NCBI RefSeq assembly: GCF_964204645.1
Contig: NC_134035.1
Location: forward strand, 7,596,451 to 7,660,450
DNA: 64,000 nucleotides
DNA from: Tubulanus polymorphus
Taxonomy: Eukaryota > Animalia > Nemertea
Reading direction: 5' to 3'
In this document: positions 52,146-64,000 of the stretch, in pieces
Layout of the letters: every line of letters begins with the position of its first letter
Numbering within the stretch: the stretch's first letter is position 1
Made by a program: the position numbers and the translations under genes
Notes under the pieces: model-generated
Told to the model about the DNA's origin: nothing
Seen by the model: the letters and a program-made list of their open reading frames with translations, nothing else
Databases searched by the model: none

Positions 52146-53835
52146 TGTAGTCTATATTTTCAATTTACTTTATAATTCTTTTTAATTACGATATATGATA
52201 GTTTAATTTGAAACAGATCCAATCATCAGAGTGCCTCAATGCACGAGCCGCCTTGTATTGCTCTGCGTGGTCCGCATTTGAATGAAAAAATGTGCTGCCT
52301 ACATCGAGCGCTATATCGTGAGCTATCAAAGATGGCGCATAGGCTGCCCTCTACACGGTAGCGAACTAGGGACAGTTGCTAGAAATTTATTGAAGTTAAC
52401 TTTAACCAACATTTGAGCAACTGGCCCCAGGGCGTTTTGACCAACGCCCATCAGAAAAATAGTTAGTTTGTACAAGAATATGAGCACATACTGACTTAAT
52501 CAATCAGGGCCGGGGGGCTTGCCAAAAATTACTGATATCTAACTCTTACCAACCTTTGAGAACTGCTCCAAGGGATTTTTTGGCCAGCAGAAATAGTGCG
52601 TATGTGTATAACCATGGGTGCGTGTTATTTCTCCTCAACTGTGGCCCTCCATTTTACGTCAAGTACCATTCGCGACTTAACGGTATCATGGCCTAACGGT
52701 TTCCCAAATTCTCTGTAGAAGATACTATAGAAGCGAGTATGACCTATAGGACCTATTTCATTATGGTGGACTTTCGAAATCTTCTTCCCAGCCGTTATTT
52801 AGAATAACGATATCGTCGAAAATTAGAATGTGCCAATAAGTAAGGAAAAGCTCGTTCCTATACAGAAAACTATTACAATATCACGAAGCCAGATGTTGAT
52901 ACAAAGGTGATTTCTAGACATTTTGCGTATTTGGAGTGTACGTATTACGCTACGAATTCACAGAATGAATTGTCGGGATTTTTGCCAAACCGCGATCATT
53001 CTTCCCACTATAATCATTGTATTATCCGTACGGTGATGAAGTTAATCGCCACGGTTGATTCAATTGCAAAATAACCTAAGAATCAAACATCTGACAAATT
53101 CAAACGTTCAGTCTAAGGACGCTTCATTTCCCATCATATGGAGCTATTTTGCTCGAGGTTTAGAGGTATAAAACTACGTACAATTTTTAGCAAAAAGAAA
53201 ATATCATATTGACAGTTATGAACAGAGACCATATGTGCCTAGAATAGTCGAAGGTGGTATGAAATTACTTTTGAAAAATCTCAAGAATGATCACTAATTA
53301 CTCTTAGTCTGAGTAAGCCACCAACATGTACAGTGGGATGGGGATACTTGAGACCACGGGTAACGTGAGACGAGACCTTTTTGTTGACGTAAGCGGCAGA
53401 GGTGTGTTCGTCGGCATTTCCTTGGTCATAATCATCGTTTTCTTGCATAATAGCAATCAAATCCTTTCGAGAAAATGCCGATGAACTCCGTCGCTTACGT
53501 CAACAAAAAAAGGTTTTGCATCTACTGTAACTTTTCAAAGTACGGTTGATTTGTTCTAAACAGTTAAAAGAAAGGCTAATTGCCCGACGGTTCAGAGTGA
53601 TTGCTGTAGTCCGGATTACGGTCTGATTTTGATTTGAAAGAGAGAGAGAGAGCGCGCGAGAACACACGCAGAGCTCTGACGGCATAATCAGACGCAGTCA
53701 GGGAGGTAAAACGTAATTTACAGCGAACCGCCTGATCAAACACACACCAGTGATCCACGCTTCATTCCGTCACACGATTAACTCAAATAAACATTGTTTC
53801 TCAGGGTCCTCTTACACTAGTGAAAATCGGATAAA

Positions 53836-56800
53836 ATGAAAACGGTAAGCGTCAATAATTTCATCAGTGTAATTTGAATATATTTTGATAATTAACTTGG
53901 TTGCATAATTGTGTAACTATTTTTGTGTTTTCTCCTAATCATTATTGCGAATGATCGTTCAGTAATAATGCACATAAATTTTTCATCTCTGACAGTTGAA
54001 ACTTTCAAAAACTATACAACTGTACTTATTAGCACTTGACCGCCAACCGTTCTTTGAGCTACAATTTCTGAACTGCTTTTCCGTCATCAATTTCCTAAGT
54101 TTATTTCTAACTTCATTTCTGGTTGTCGTCTAAAACCAGTGGTTTAAATAAAAGAATTCAGAAATTGACGAAATTCAGTTTTTAATTCAGGTTTTACGAT
54201 TTAATCTGGGCGTGTTTCAAATATTTCAACCGCTCTAGAATTTTAGGTGTAAAAATTCACCTTTTTAAACAACGTTTTATTGAATTATGATGATGTACGT
54301 GTATTTCGCGTAAATCGCTCTAATACGAAGAGGAGAGCAGTATAAATGTTATAATCATCATTATCAATTCAATTTCTAATTGTACATATAAAACCCAAAT
54401 TTTTACATATATTGTCTCCAAAAGTTACATCTTCACAATCAGTTTCCTCTGCGAAGAAAAAATGGACAGCAAAAATGTTTCGCAAAATGTTGACAAATTT
54501 CATGCTGCTCCAAACTTTGAATAAAAACGTAACCTTCGACGAACGATAAAAAGAATTTGGTATTGTTCATAACAAAAATGTGCACGTCAGGATGCATTTA
54601 TTTATGTATTTTGTATATTTTCTTGTTTTCATTCACTTACGTATATCTTGATTCCGATGAATATGCATTGTATACGAGTTTCAAATGTCTATTATTCACT
54701 ATGAAAACCACGTTTACATATTCACGAATTTAGTATATGTGTCATGATTTCCCAGATTTCCTAAATATTGTTCCAAAAAGGTATGAATTGATTTACAATT
54801 TAAGAGTTTCAAATTTACATTGGTCACTATGAAAATCAAAATATATGTTTATGTATTCATGAATGTAGAATGAACTTCAGAAAACAACGCATACACGTGT
54901 GCGTCTTATAGGCCATCGCCAAACATAAGTTGATGAGATGTTCAATGGAATGCTGCTGTAACGACCATTAGAGTGAAATTACGTGCACCATCCGAGGATC
55001 GAACCCGGGTCTTGTCCGTAGAAAGCAAGCGTGCAAACAAGTAGACCCGACATAGTCAGCGGTTTGTACACGTCGTATATGCGTAACAGTGCGACACTTC
55101 AAATGGTTTTACTTATGATTCTGATCGATTTAACATGTTAATTAAATCAATTACATTCAAAATCATATGTAGAAATTGTAGATATTAAATCAAAACGATT
55201 TCTAAAGAAAAATTGTCTTCCGATCTGTAGAAAATGCGAAACTGAGTTATGTTATACAGATTACCCGATTCTAGAAATGGACACCGATAAGATTCGCCAA
55301 ATGAAACTTGTAGTTGCGTCTATTTTTCTTTCCGACGTTTGTTTCAAACCTTCAGTCAAAAATAAAATTAATTCTAAGATATACTTTAAAGAAAAGTCTA
55401 AAACTTGAATTGGTACACGGCCGCCATAAACCTGAATGATTACCTTTCTTTAAATAAACGGTTATTTCGATTCTTTTCGAAGATAAATCATTCGTAGTTT
55501 CGCTGAAAACTGCTAAAATGTAAACGAACCGCCTCGGATGATTTTCAGTCACGTTCATTTCACCCAATGAACGACTGGGTTCATTAACGAGTTAAAAATA
55601 GGCACCCTACAAACCGGCTGTGCGTGTGATGGAAAAAACCACACACGGCTGGTACAAGTCCAAGAAAAACAGATAATTACCTACAATCAGGAAGAACTAC
55701 GCGTGAGAGCCGAGAAAAAGAAACTTTTACAAGGGCACATTGAATGGAAAATTTTTGAGTGGAAATTAATTGTTTTTATATATTTCTTAGATTGATCATA
55801 TTAATGAATTCTATGTTAACGGATATTTCGAGTAAATATACAAAAGTGCGGTATTCAGTTTATATGTAATTATGTGTAAGTTCTGGGGTTTATTGGCTAC
55901 GGCATTGTTAAAAGTTAAAATGTTATAACACACAAAATTCCCTGAGTGAATCGGCAAGTGAATAGAGAAATTTCTTAGTTTATCAATTTATTCATTTTAA
56001 ATGAAATCATTTATGGATAAAGAATGGCGACCAATATATTTTTTTCATTGAAAAATCGAACGTATCTATATTTTCTAATTCATAAATCGAACGTATATCA
56101 AGTGACCACCTTGCAAATTACACCTAGATCACTATAATATGTCCTTGCAATCGATTAAAACCGGTAAATGGGAACTATTGATTTCTTATTTATCGATTTC
56201 TTTCTTCTTGATTCTAATAAGGCAAATATGAATTTTGTTTTCAGTCGACCTCTCATTTCGTGGTGATCGTTGTATTGTGCGTTCTGTTCTGTCAACTGTG
56301 TTTTTCTCAACGACCGCGCCGCACCGAAGCGACCAGGAGAGTGCGACGGTTCCGCCCTCCTATGAAAACCGGTCAACTGGCCTACTGGATTCCTCGTCAG
56401 AGTATGCTGTGTATATTGGGAGCATCGCAGGCGCTGCGGTCATCGACGTTAGAGCGCGCCAAACGAACATTTGATGTCGCAGATGGCCTTGACCGTTCGC
56501 GTAGAATATTGCCTCAAGCTCATCGAATGATTTACTTCAAAAAAACATTCTTCGAATGGGGCGTCGGACTTGGAACGTAAGATGTCTATTGTATTCATTA
56601 CTATAATCAATTTGCACGACAATTCCATCATATTCGGAAATTAAGTACGAATCAGTTGAATATCGATCGCCCTGGTCAAACTTTGATGAAAACAATACAA
56701 ATTCAATACGACAAATCGCATAGATTTTTTTTCAACAGATTCCGAATTTCTGTGAAAAACCAACGTAACCGCAGTTCAATTCTGATAATTTTCAAATTGG

Positions 56801-57155
56801 CTAATACTTACGATGAAATGAAGAGATTCCACGATATCAGTTGAAATTCTTTTTTAATTCAAAATATACTAATATCATCCACATATGATTCAACCTGATG
56901 ATCGTTTGTTTTTGAAGGGCACACATCGGACCGAGACCGTTTTCGCAGCATTGCCCGTTGACCTGGAATCGACTGCCGGCAGGACGAAGCGTCAACTGCA
57001 CCCAAGCTGACGTCGAACATTTCACGAGAACGTACGAAAGCGTTACCGGACCGCACAAACTTCTGTCGAACAACTGCAATCATTTCGTGTACAGATTACG
57101 TCGCAAACTGCTGAGCCCGACCTGCTCCGACATGATGCCCGATGAAATGCTATGA
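53836..57155 (+). CDS. Secreted PPPDE/DeSI-like (permuted papain fold) cysteine hydrolase, 192 aa, 3 exons (53836-53844, 56245-56576, 56918-57155)
   Basis: Signal peptide MKTSTSHFVVIVVLCVLFCQLCFS, His motif AHRMIYFKKTFFEWG and Cys motif HKLLSNNCNHF. Splice phases are compatible (579 nt in total). The 9-nt first exon is the least certain part. Confidence 0.72.
54984..55056 (-). pseudogene. Decayed tRNA-like sequence / SINE head
   Basis: B-box GGTTCGATCC within a T-arm hairpin and a 3' acceptor-like end ATGGTGCA. The D-arm and 5' acceptor strand are degenerate. Confidence 0.45.
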
Positions 57156-59395
57156 AAATATAATTCAGCCGGGGCTGAGAATAGAGACCTATGACGGATC
57201 ATTTGAAGCTGTTCTGTTACCTGTTGGAAACAAATATAAGAATAATGACTGGACTTATTAACCGGTCAGCATTGCATGTTGGTCCATTTTCCAAAAGCTT
57301 GGAGAAATGGACCAGGGCCTATTTTAATACCTCATATTTTTCTGAAATGGACTGCCGGACATTTTGTTTGAAAATGACTATTATCATTACGGAGCGCTTT
57401 CTGGTCTTTGGGTACAAATTCGATCAATATAGGCCTAACATGTATATACATCACGATCAAAATGATCGTTGACAATTTGTAAAGTTTATTTCAATCAAAC
57501 TGGAAATCGGGTTATTTAGATATATCATTTTTGTGCTAGAGTTGTACAAATAAATTTCTTTCTTGAAATCTTAAGTTGCCTTGTCTGAGATGGAAAGAGC
57601 TATTTCTCGTTGTAAGATATGGTTGTAATTTTGCGAAAAAAACTACCAACCACTTTCCATCCAATACACCGTGTTTTCCGAGGAAAAGGTGTAGTAATGA
57701 AAACCTCGTAATGAAAAAAGTTTGTTGTACAGTGCTCCGTCGGGATAAAAAATCGCTCCATTTATTTTTTAAATCGCTTATCAAAGATTTGTTCGCTTTA
57801 TTGACTGACGTATCGCCAGTGAATGAACCGATGTTAGATTTATCAGCGGGAACCTATTTCACAAAGAAAGATTGACGTATTCTGTTTCTTCGATTTTTTT
57901 CGCGGTGTCTGAATTCAACGCGTCGACTTTGGCAAAGGCAATAGGTGCAAAGTAAAAACGTATCACCCCACAGTGCGTTGAGCCGGTGCTTTGATTTAGC
58001 TTCTGTTGGCACGTATCCAACACGCCGATTTACGTAAATTGTATCGACAACTTGTAATCGTCAGACTTTTGTCGGTTTTATAGCGTGTTTTGGTTTTTTT
58101 TCTGAGAGCTAATCAACAGGTTCCTATGTGTTCTCGATCAGCTGGTTGGCTGGTTAACCGCAGACGATCGACTCCCGGCGGAGTTTTGGCGGTATGGAAA
58201 AAGTTGTCTACCCGCCGAAGATGGATCGATAGATAATTTTGACAGAATACCTAGAAACTGATCCTAAACGAGCATCGGATAGTGTAGTATCGCAAATTTG
58301 GCAAAAAAACGTTCTCCGTCAACAGCCGCCGGCATGTCCTTAATGTGGGTCTCTTAAACTCAATCCAGGTTCCTCCATCGACTGGCAGTGACCCCTGGGG
58401 TTTTATAGTCACTGGCCGTATGATCTTTAACCCGAGGGCTAATTCAATTCATTTTCAACTGGAGATAATACCAGTCTATAAAACTGGCCGCGGAGGCCCA
58501 CGTCTTATTATGTTTGTTTCTTTCAATACCCTGCGATATTCTTCATAAAACGTCCGGATATATTCATTCACGTTACAAATGAGGAAATGGGGTAGAATAA
58601 AATGTTTTACTTTATTAACAGGTTAGTTTAGTTACCTATGTACACCAAACCCCTCGAAGGTCAAGGGTAGGCTATGTTTTGACGTTTTTACTCCTTCGTG
58701 AACATGAAATCCTTCGAACATGAATGAACTTGAGTTAACAGTTGCAATCAAACGCAACGTTCTTCGAAACAACGTTTTGTAAACAGACTCTCTGATTCTC
58801 TCAATAAAAAAATATCGAGTGTGTTGTTTGGTCATGGGTGGATAAACAAAAGGCCACGCAAAGAAATACCCTTGTTTCTCATAGGCCAGTTTTGGAAAAG
58901 TGCTGAGGGCGACAGGGAAATGTTTACCTCCCTTTAAAAAGAGAGGTAAAAAGCCTTATTTCACTCACCAAATGAGTCGCAAGGCTATTTTCTTCCAAGT
59001 GCAATTCAATTTCTTGTACCGACCCAGCTCTTCTTGGCTTGGAATTGACGATACATTTCAACAGTCGTTGCTTTAATTGTATGTAGTGTGTTAAAATAGA
59101 AAAATAAACTCAACGCGTTTCCAAATGTTTTGATACTTTCTCGGTATGTATCAAAAATAGTACCGATTTTTGGTTCTTAATTCCTGAAAAATTATTTATT
59201 TTCAGCACAAATTCATACAAACGTGTCATCTATACCACCTGAAATCCCCCCTCCCTGAAATCATTTCTTGGACTTAGTAAGAGGTCTGGATACTTGATGA
59301 AAATTTTGAAAAAAGGCTTCATTTCGAATGTCATTCTTCAAAATACAACTTCTATTCGAACACCCTTGTAAAACTAGTGTTTTATTCATTGATCC

Positions 59396-59570
59396 GAGCC
59401 GATAGCGTAGTTGATTAGAGCGCTCGACTCACAGGCGGCAGGTTGTTTCTAACCCGTAATGATCCCCGCTGGTGGTCGACGAAAACTTTTCGATGGGGAT
59501 CTGTAGTAAGTAACCTAATCGTCGATGTTTTAATGTAAAGAGCTTAAAAAGAAACAACGAAAACCAAACC
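59396..59570 (+). mobile_element. tRNA-derived SINE relic
   Basis: A-box-like TAGCGTAGTTGATTAGAGCG head and an AAAACCAAACC-type tail. No intact B-box. Confidence 0.4.
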
Positions 59571-59723
59571 AGCCGCGTTATTAGCAAAATGACGACTCGC
59601 TACATTCCGACTGTATTTCCGATTAAACAAGCATAAATTAACACAACTAAACCTCGTGTGTTCGTTAATCAACGAATTTTATTTTAATAAAATATTTCCA
59701 GCGTTTTATTCATTTCACCAAGC

Positions 59724-59803
59724 CGACTACCCTTGGCTGACAGTCGACTACCCTTGGCTGACAGTCGACTACCCTCGGCTGACAGTCGACTACCCTCGGC
59801 TGA
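59724..59803. repeat. 21-bp minisatellite, ~4 copies (CGACTACCCT[T/C]GGCTGACAGT)
   Basis: Direct reading. Confidence 0.92.
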
Positions 59804-60309
59804 TAAATACGTACAAGGATACATTATATATAACAATCTACACGCATATATCCCTGCGTAATGAGCGAATAACCACCAAACATTTCAATACATTTATCAA
59901 TATGTAATTTTATGACTAGAAATTCAACACGTGTTAAAGCTTCTTTTTTATTTCGACTTTTCTTCATAGTGATCGCATTACCGAGGAGTTATCTTACATA
60001 ATTGACGTATCTAGTTTATAAGCCCATGCTTAGATCGATAACTAGGTCATATAGGGATTGCAATACTTAGCAATATACCGGTAAATATTACAAGTACATA
60101 CACTACATATTCTACCATCGCTACAAAAACTATCCATCGTCAGAACACCTCCATTTATTCCGGGACGGATTCGGGGGTTCTTGCATTGAGATTGCATTGT
60201 TTAGCTAAATGCCGTTTCACGTCACACGTATTTCAAAAAAATATCAATTAGCATGAAGTGACTGTGCAATTTTTCTGTAAATCATCGTCCATTTGGCATA
60301 TCAAATTTT

Positions 60310-62850
60310 CTAATTATCGAAAATTTCACCCATAATTGACAAGCGCGAGTGAAACGGTTGAACCGGGCATGACAGTATCGAATAATCGCTATTCTTGCGT
60401 TGCCATTCGGTGAAATTAGTTCGTCGCGCGAAACGCTCGTCGGTCGGCGCGACAGGGGGAGGACGCGCGGGCGCCGTTACAAACGGAATCGACGATTTAC
60501 AAGAAGTCAACGTCGCGGGCTGCGTTTTCGTTAATACCGTTTTACGAAGATGAAATTCATACGTCGTGTCGTCGTATTTTTGTTCACCCCCGGCGCTACG
60601 CCGCCTCGCCTTCTCGATGTTCAAAAGCGACAACAAATCGATATCGTCGTGCATACGTTGAATGGTTTCGTCGCCGCGTTTTTTCTCGGCGCTGCAACAA
60701 TGCACGGCGCCGGCGTCGATCGGGTGCGCTTCCGTGTTGAAGATATAACCGCCGGCGCCGATGACGCATTCTCCGTTCGGCGTATTGATCAACGTTCCGC
60801 GGCTGCCGTCCGCGTTTATGAAGTTGTCGCGGTCGAACGTCAAGTACAGGTATTTGATCGTCTCGGCCAAAAAGAACGACTCCATTCGATTCTCCAGTGA
60901 CAAATTGTTTACGTTTTTTATCTGAAAGTAGAATGAAAAGTCAAATTGTTATTTTCAATAAATCTACGGAGAAAAGATAAACGGTTTTAAGTCGATTTTA
61001 CGCCCGCTTACGAAATCATGATCACATTAGATTTAATTATTGATCTTAAATTCTAAGACAAGTACAGTGGAACCTTGTTATAATGAACTCGGATACAACG
61101 ATTCATCGGATATAACAAATATAGAATTTCGTCCCAAGTAAGAAAATCTAATTGATTTCATACTGGATACAACGAACTATCAGTTATAACGAACAGATTT
61201 TCTGGCCACCGTGAAGTTCGTTGTAACGAGGTTCCATTGTACTATGGATTTGGCCCTGTTATATCAAGAATGTTCATTCAAGTCATTTGCCCACTCCCAC
61301 GCATGCATTTTCAACGCATCAACATATTCCTCCATTTCATTTATCAGGCTTCAAAAGGTTCACTTTTTTGGGGATACCCGATAAAAAGTGTTATAACAAG
61401 CCATAGGCGACAACGGTTCTCGGACTGATGCTCGAAATTTTGGATCTGTGCCAAAATCTAAATTTTGTCACAACAACATTTTGAATTTCGACCCCTTCAA
61501 GGTCATGTGGCCCGAAAACAAATATATTTACCGTCGCATATCCGCATTTAGTTTTTGTCGTTGTCTCGATCGCCTCTAACATATCTACGGCCACTTGTAA
61601 TAAATACGGGTCATTCGTAGCTCGATACAGATACATAACGCTTTCAGCTAATTCTGAAACGATTAAATTGAAATCAAACTATAACAATAGCCGATACTAG
61701 AATTAGGCATGTTTGCAGTCCTTAATTCACGTATATCGCAGTTCAGTAGTTCTCAGTTCAGTTTGACTCTTAAGTTAGAGATAAGTTCACTTACAATGAA
61801 TTCACTCTATTGTGACAAATCTCCACCTGAGAATTACAGGACTGGATCCTGAATTCTAATACAATGTTTATATCAATAATGTGAAAATTATACAAACAAA
61901 ACATCCTATTTAAGAAATTTATATACATTTTTGATATCGTGAGCTATAATGAAAATGAATTCATTCATTCCTTGGATTGGCTAGTAATCATTCTACCATA
62001 TTTCTGCCTACCAGGATACGTATATATATTTTTTTTTTCATGCTTAAAAAGGAATTTAAGATGTGTACAGATGATCAGGGGTGGGCAAAAGCCCATTTGG
62101 CACCAGGAAGAACGAAAATGCGGATGTTTACTTGCAGAAATACCAGTGTACACTATACCTGGTCGAAGGGGATAGCTTTCTCTGTTACTGTGAACCTCCG
62201 CTTTCGGGATGTTATAAAACTCTGGCACGGCGCCGAATTGCGTCCACACCTGGTGATAGTTATGAATAGTTTTCATCGCTTTATCGATATCCCCGAGTAA
62301 ACTCTGCAAGATATTCGTTAAAAAAAACCGTCAAGACTCGATCGGAATTATCGCTGACAAATTTTCCCAGCATCGAAAAAAGTGAGTCAAAAATGAAAAC
62401 GAATATACAACGGATTTTCAACAAAAGAATCTTATAGTTAAATCATTCTTGTAGTTGAGATTCAAAACCATTTTGTTCTAGATAGATTTATATTGTACAG
62501 TCCAACCCTCATAATCAGAACCAGCTTAATCCAGACTTCAAAGAAATCTAAATGTTATTGACAGTCCAGCTATATATAATGTATAACAATGTCTAATCCC
62601 CATTTCTCGTAAACCAGATCAATTTCATTTGTTCTGGTGATCTGAATTAAGCTGGTTTTAATTTTGTAGATGATAGAATCTGCCACTGATAAAAGAAGTC
62701 TACCGGTATATGTGCCTAGGCATACCTGCAGTCCAGGCCAATAGGCATCTAGTGACTGGAATACTGGCAGAGTGACAGTTCCCTTCTTCATTCCCACCCA
62801 TAGGTACCAGTCTTCTTTTTTCACGTATTTTTCTATGGCAACGAGCGATT
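60310..62850 (-). CDS. EDEM2: ER degradation-enhancing alpha-mannosidase-like protein 2 (GH47), last four exons; 5' part beyond the window
   Basis: [38 protein letters not shown]...[34 protein letters not shown], and [20 protein letters not shown], which I recognise as EDEM2-type. Confidence 0.93.
61065..61239. mobile_element. Tc1/mariner-pogo type MITE
   Basis: TA|CAGTGGAACCTTGTTATAA ... TTGTAACGAGGTTCCATTG|TA, i.e. TIRs with a TA target duplication. Confidence 0.85.
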
Positions 62851-63052
62851 CTGAAATAGAAATAATAAGAAGACACCAGTAAACATGTAGGTAAGACAGT
62901 AGCGGAGCAAGTACAAATACAATTCTTGTAAATACTCTTCATTTTCATAGTACATTTGTACAAGATTTGATGCAGTGCAACATATAAAGATGTATAAACA
63001 TTTAGAAATAGAAGACGTACGATGCTAACTAATTCATTCACTGTAACTATAC

Positions 63053-63417
63053 GGTTGACTGAAAGATTATGAGTTGATTGAATGAGTAAGTTGACTGTTA
63101 GATTATGAGTTGATTGAATAAGAGAGTTGACTGTTAGATTATGAGTTGATTGAATGAGTAAGTTGACTGTTAGATTATGAGTTGATTGAATAAGAGAGTT
63201 GACTGTTAGATTATGAGTTGATTGAATAAAAGAGTTGACTGTTAGATTTTGAGTTGATTGAATAAGAGAGTTGACTGTTAGATTATGAGTTGATTGAATA
63301 AGAGAGTTGACTGTTAGATTATGAGTTGATTGAATAAAAGAGTTGACTGTTAGATTATGAGTTGATTGAATAAGAGAGTTGACTGTTAGATTATGAGTTG
63401 ACTAAGCTTGAGTTGAC
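63053..63417. repeat. 36-bp minisatellite, ~10 copies, in an EDEM2 intron
   Basis: Unit GTTGACTGTTAGATTATGA-GTTGATTGAATAAGAGA, made of two GTTGA-headed subunits. Confidence 0.95.
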
Positions 63418-64000
63418 TCAAAAATTACAACTGGAGAATGTAATATTGCAAATTACATTTTTTGCATTGATGATGTTCAATATGTAACAGTAACACGATG
63501 AACAAATAAACCGAAATGAAAAATAAATTTTTTTGACGCCTTATAAAACGTTACCATTATGAAACCTTAACAATGTTAACCATTCAGCGTCATTTTACAA
63601 ACGACAGCCGTAAATCGATGTGCAAAACGTCACAGGTCTATGTGTACACAAATAAGCTATCTGGCAAAATATTATTGACATAGATGTAGAATGGCTTCCT
63701 GTGATTATATAATGACCTATATTTGAACGTCGAAATGTTATATTGCATTGAATATCATTAGAAGACGTATTGTAATAGTAAAGGATGTATGATTATATCA
63801 GAAGCGGCAGGCATAAATAGAAATGATAAGTAAATCGGATTATTCGGTTAAATGGCGGATGTATACACGATTTGGAAGTCTGATATAAAAGTCAGACCCT
63901 GACGTGGGCATGCCGGTGGAATGACGAAGCTATCTACGATGTGTGTAGGGCCGGCGTGAATTTCATCAGCGGCTACAAGCGGTCAATATGAAAATGTGTA

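Noticed and set aside
60550-60900. Plus-strand ORF, and similar ones at 41817-42143 and 49479-49910
   Set aside because: Antisense shadows of the EDEM2, UGT and SLC22 coding exons.
63053-63417. 36-bp repeats as a possible CRISPR array
   Set aside because: Head-to-tail units with no unique spacers, intronic in a eukaryotic gene, and no cas genes.

Overview
This is animal genomic DNA with spliceosomal introns. The ApeC/ShK/astacin domain content suggests an invertebrate, probably lophotrochozoan. All calls come from manual reading, with no database searches. (1) 1-3324: the right end of an intact, very AT-rich Polinton/Maverick-like endogenous virus. It carries a chromodomain rve integrase, an A32-like packaging ATPase, three unknown ORFs and an 11-bp-unit palindromic array. 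Every complete ORF starts with the poxvirus-late-type motif TAAATG. The element appears to have inserted at the edge of an inverted pair of Penelope-type hammerhead ribozyme motifs. (2) 3635-39369: two head-to-head paralogous genes for giant secreted astacin metalloproteases (astacin-EGF-ApeC-CUB-kringle-ShK-CCP-CTL-ShK-CCP-unknown domain-CCP-CPxC micro-exon-CCPs/kringles). Their pro and catalytic regions are old and diverged, whereas the accessory modules and some introns are almost identical. (3) A UDP-glucuronosyltransferase with an intronless CDS, an SLC22 transporter, a 3-exon secreted PPPDE/DeSI-fold cysteine hydrolase that the ORF track does not show whole, and the 3' half of EDEM2. (4) LINE fragments, MITEs, a triple-nested foldback, SINE relics and satellites.
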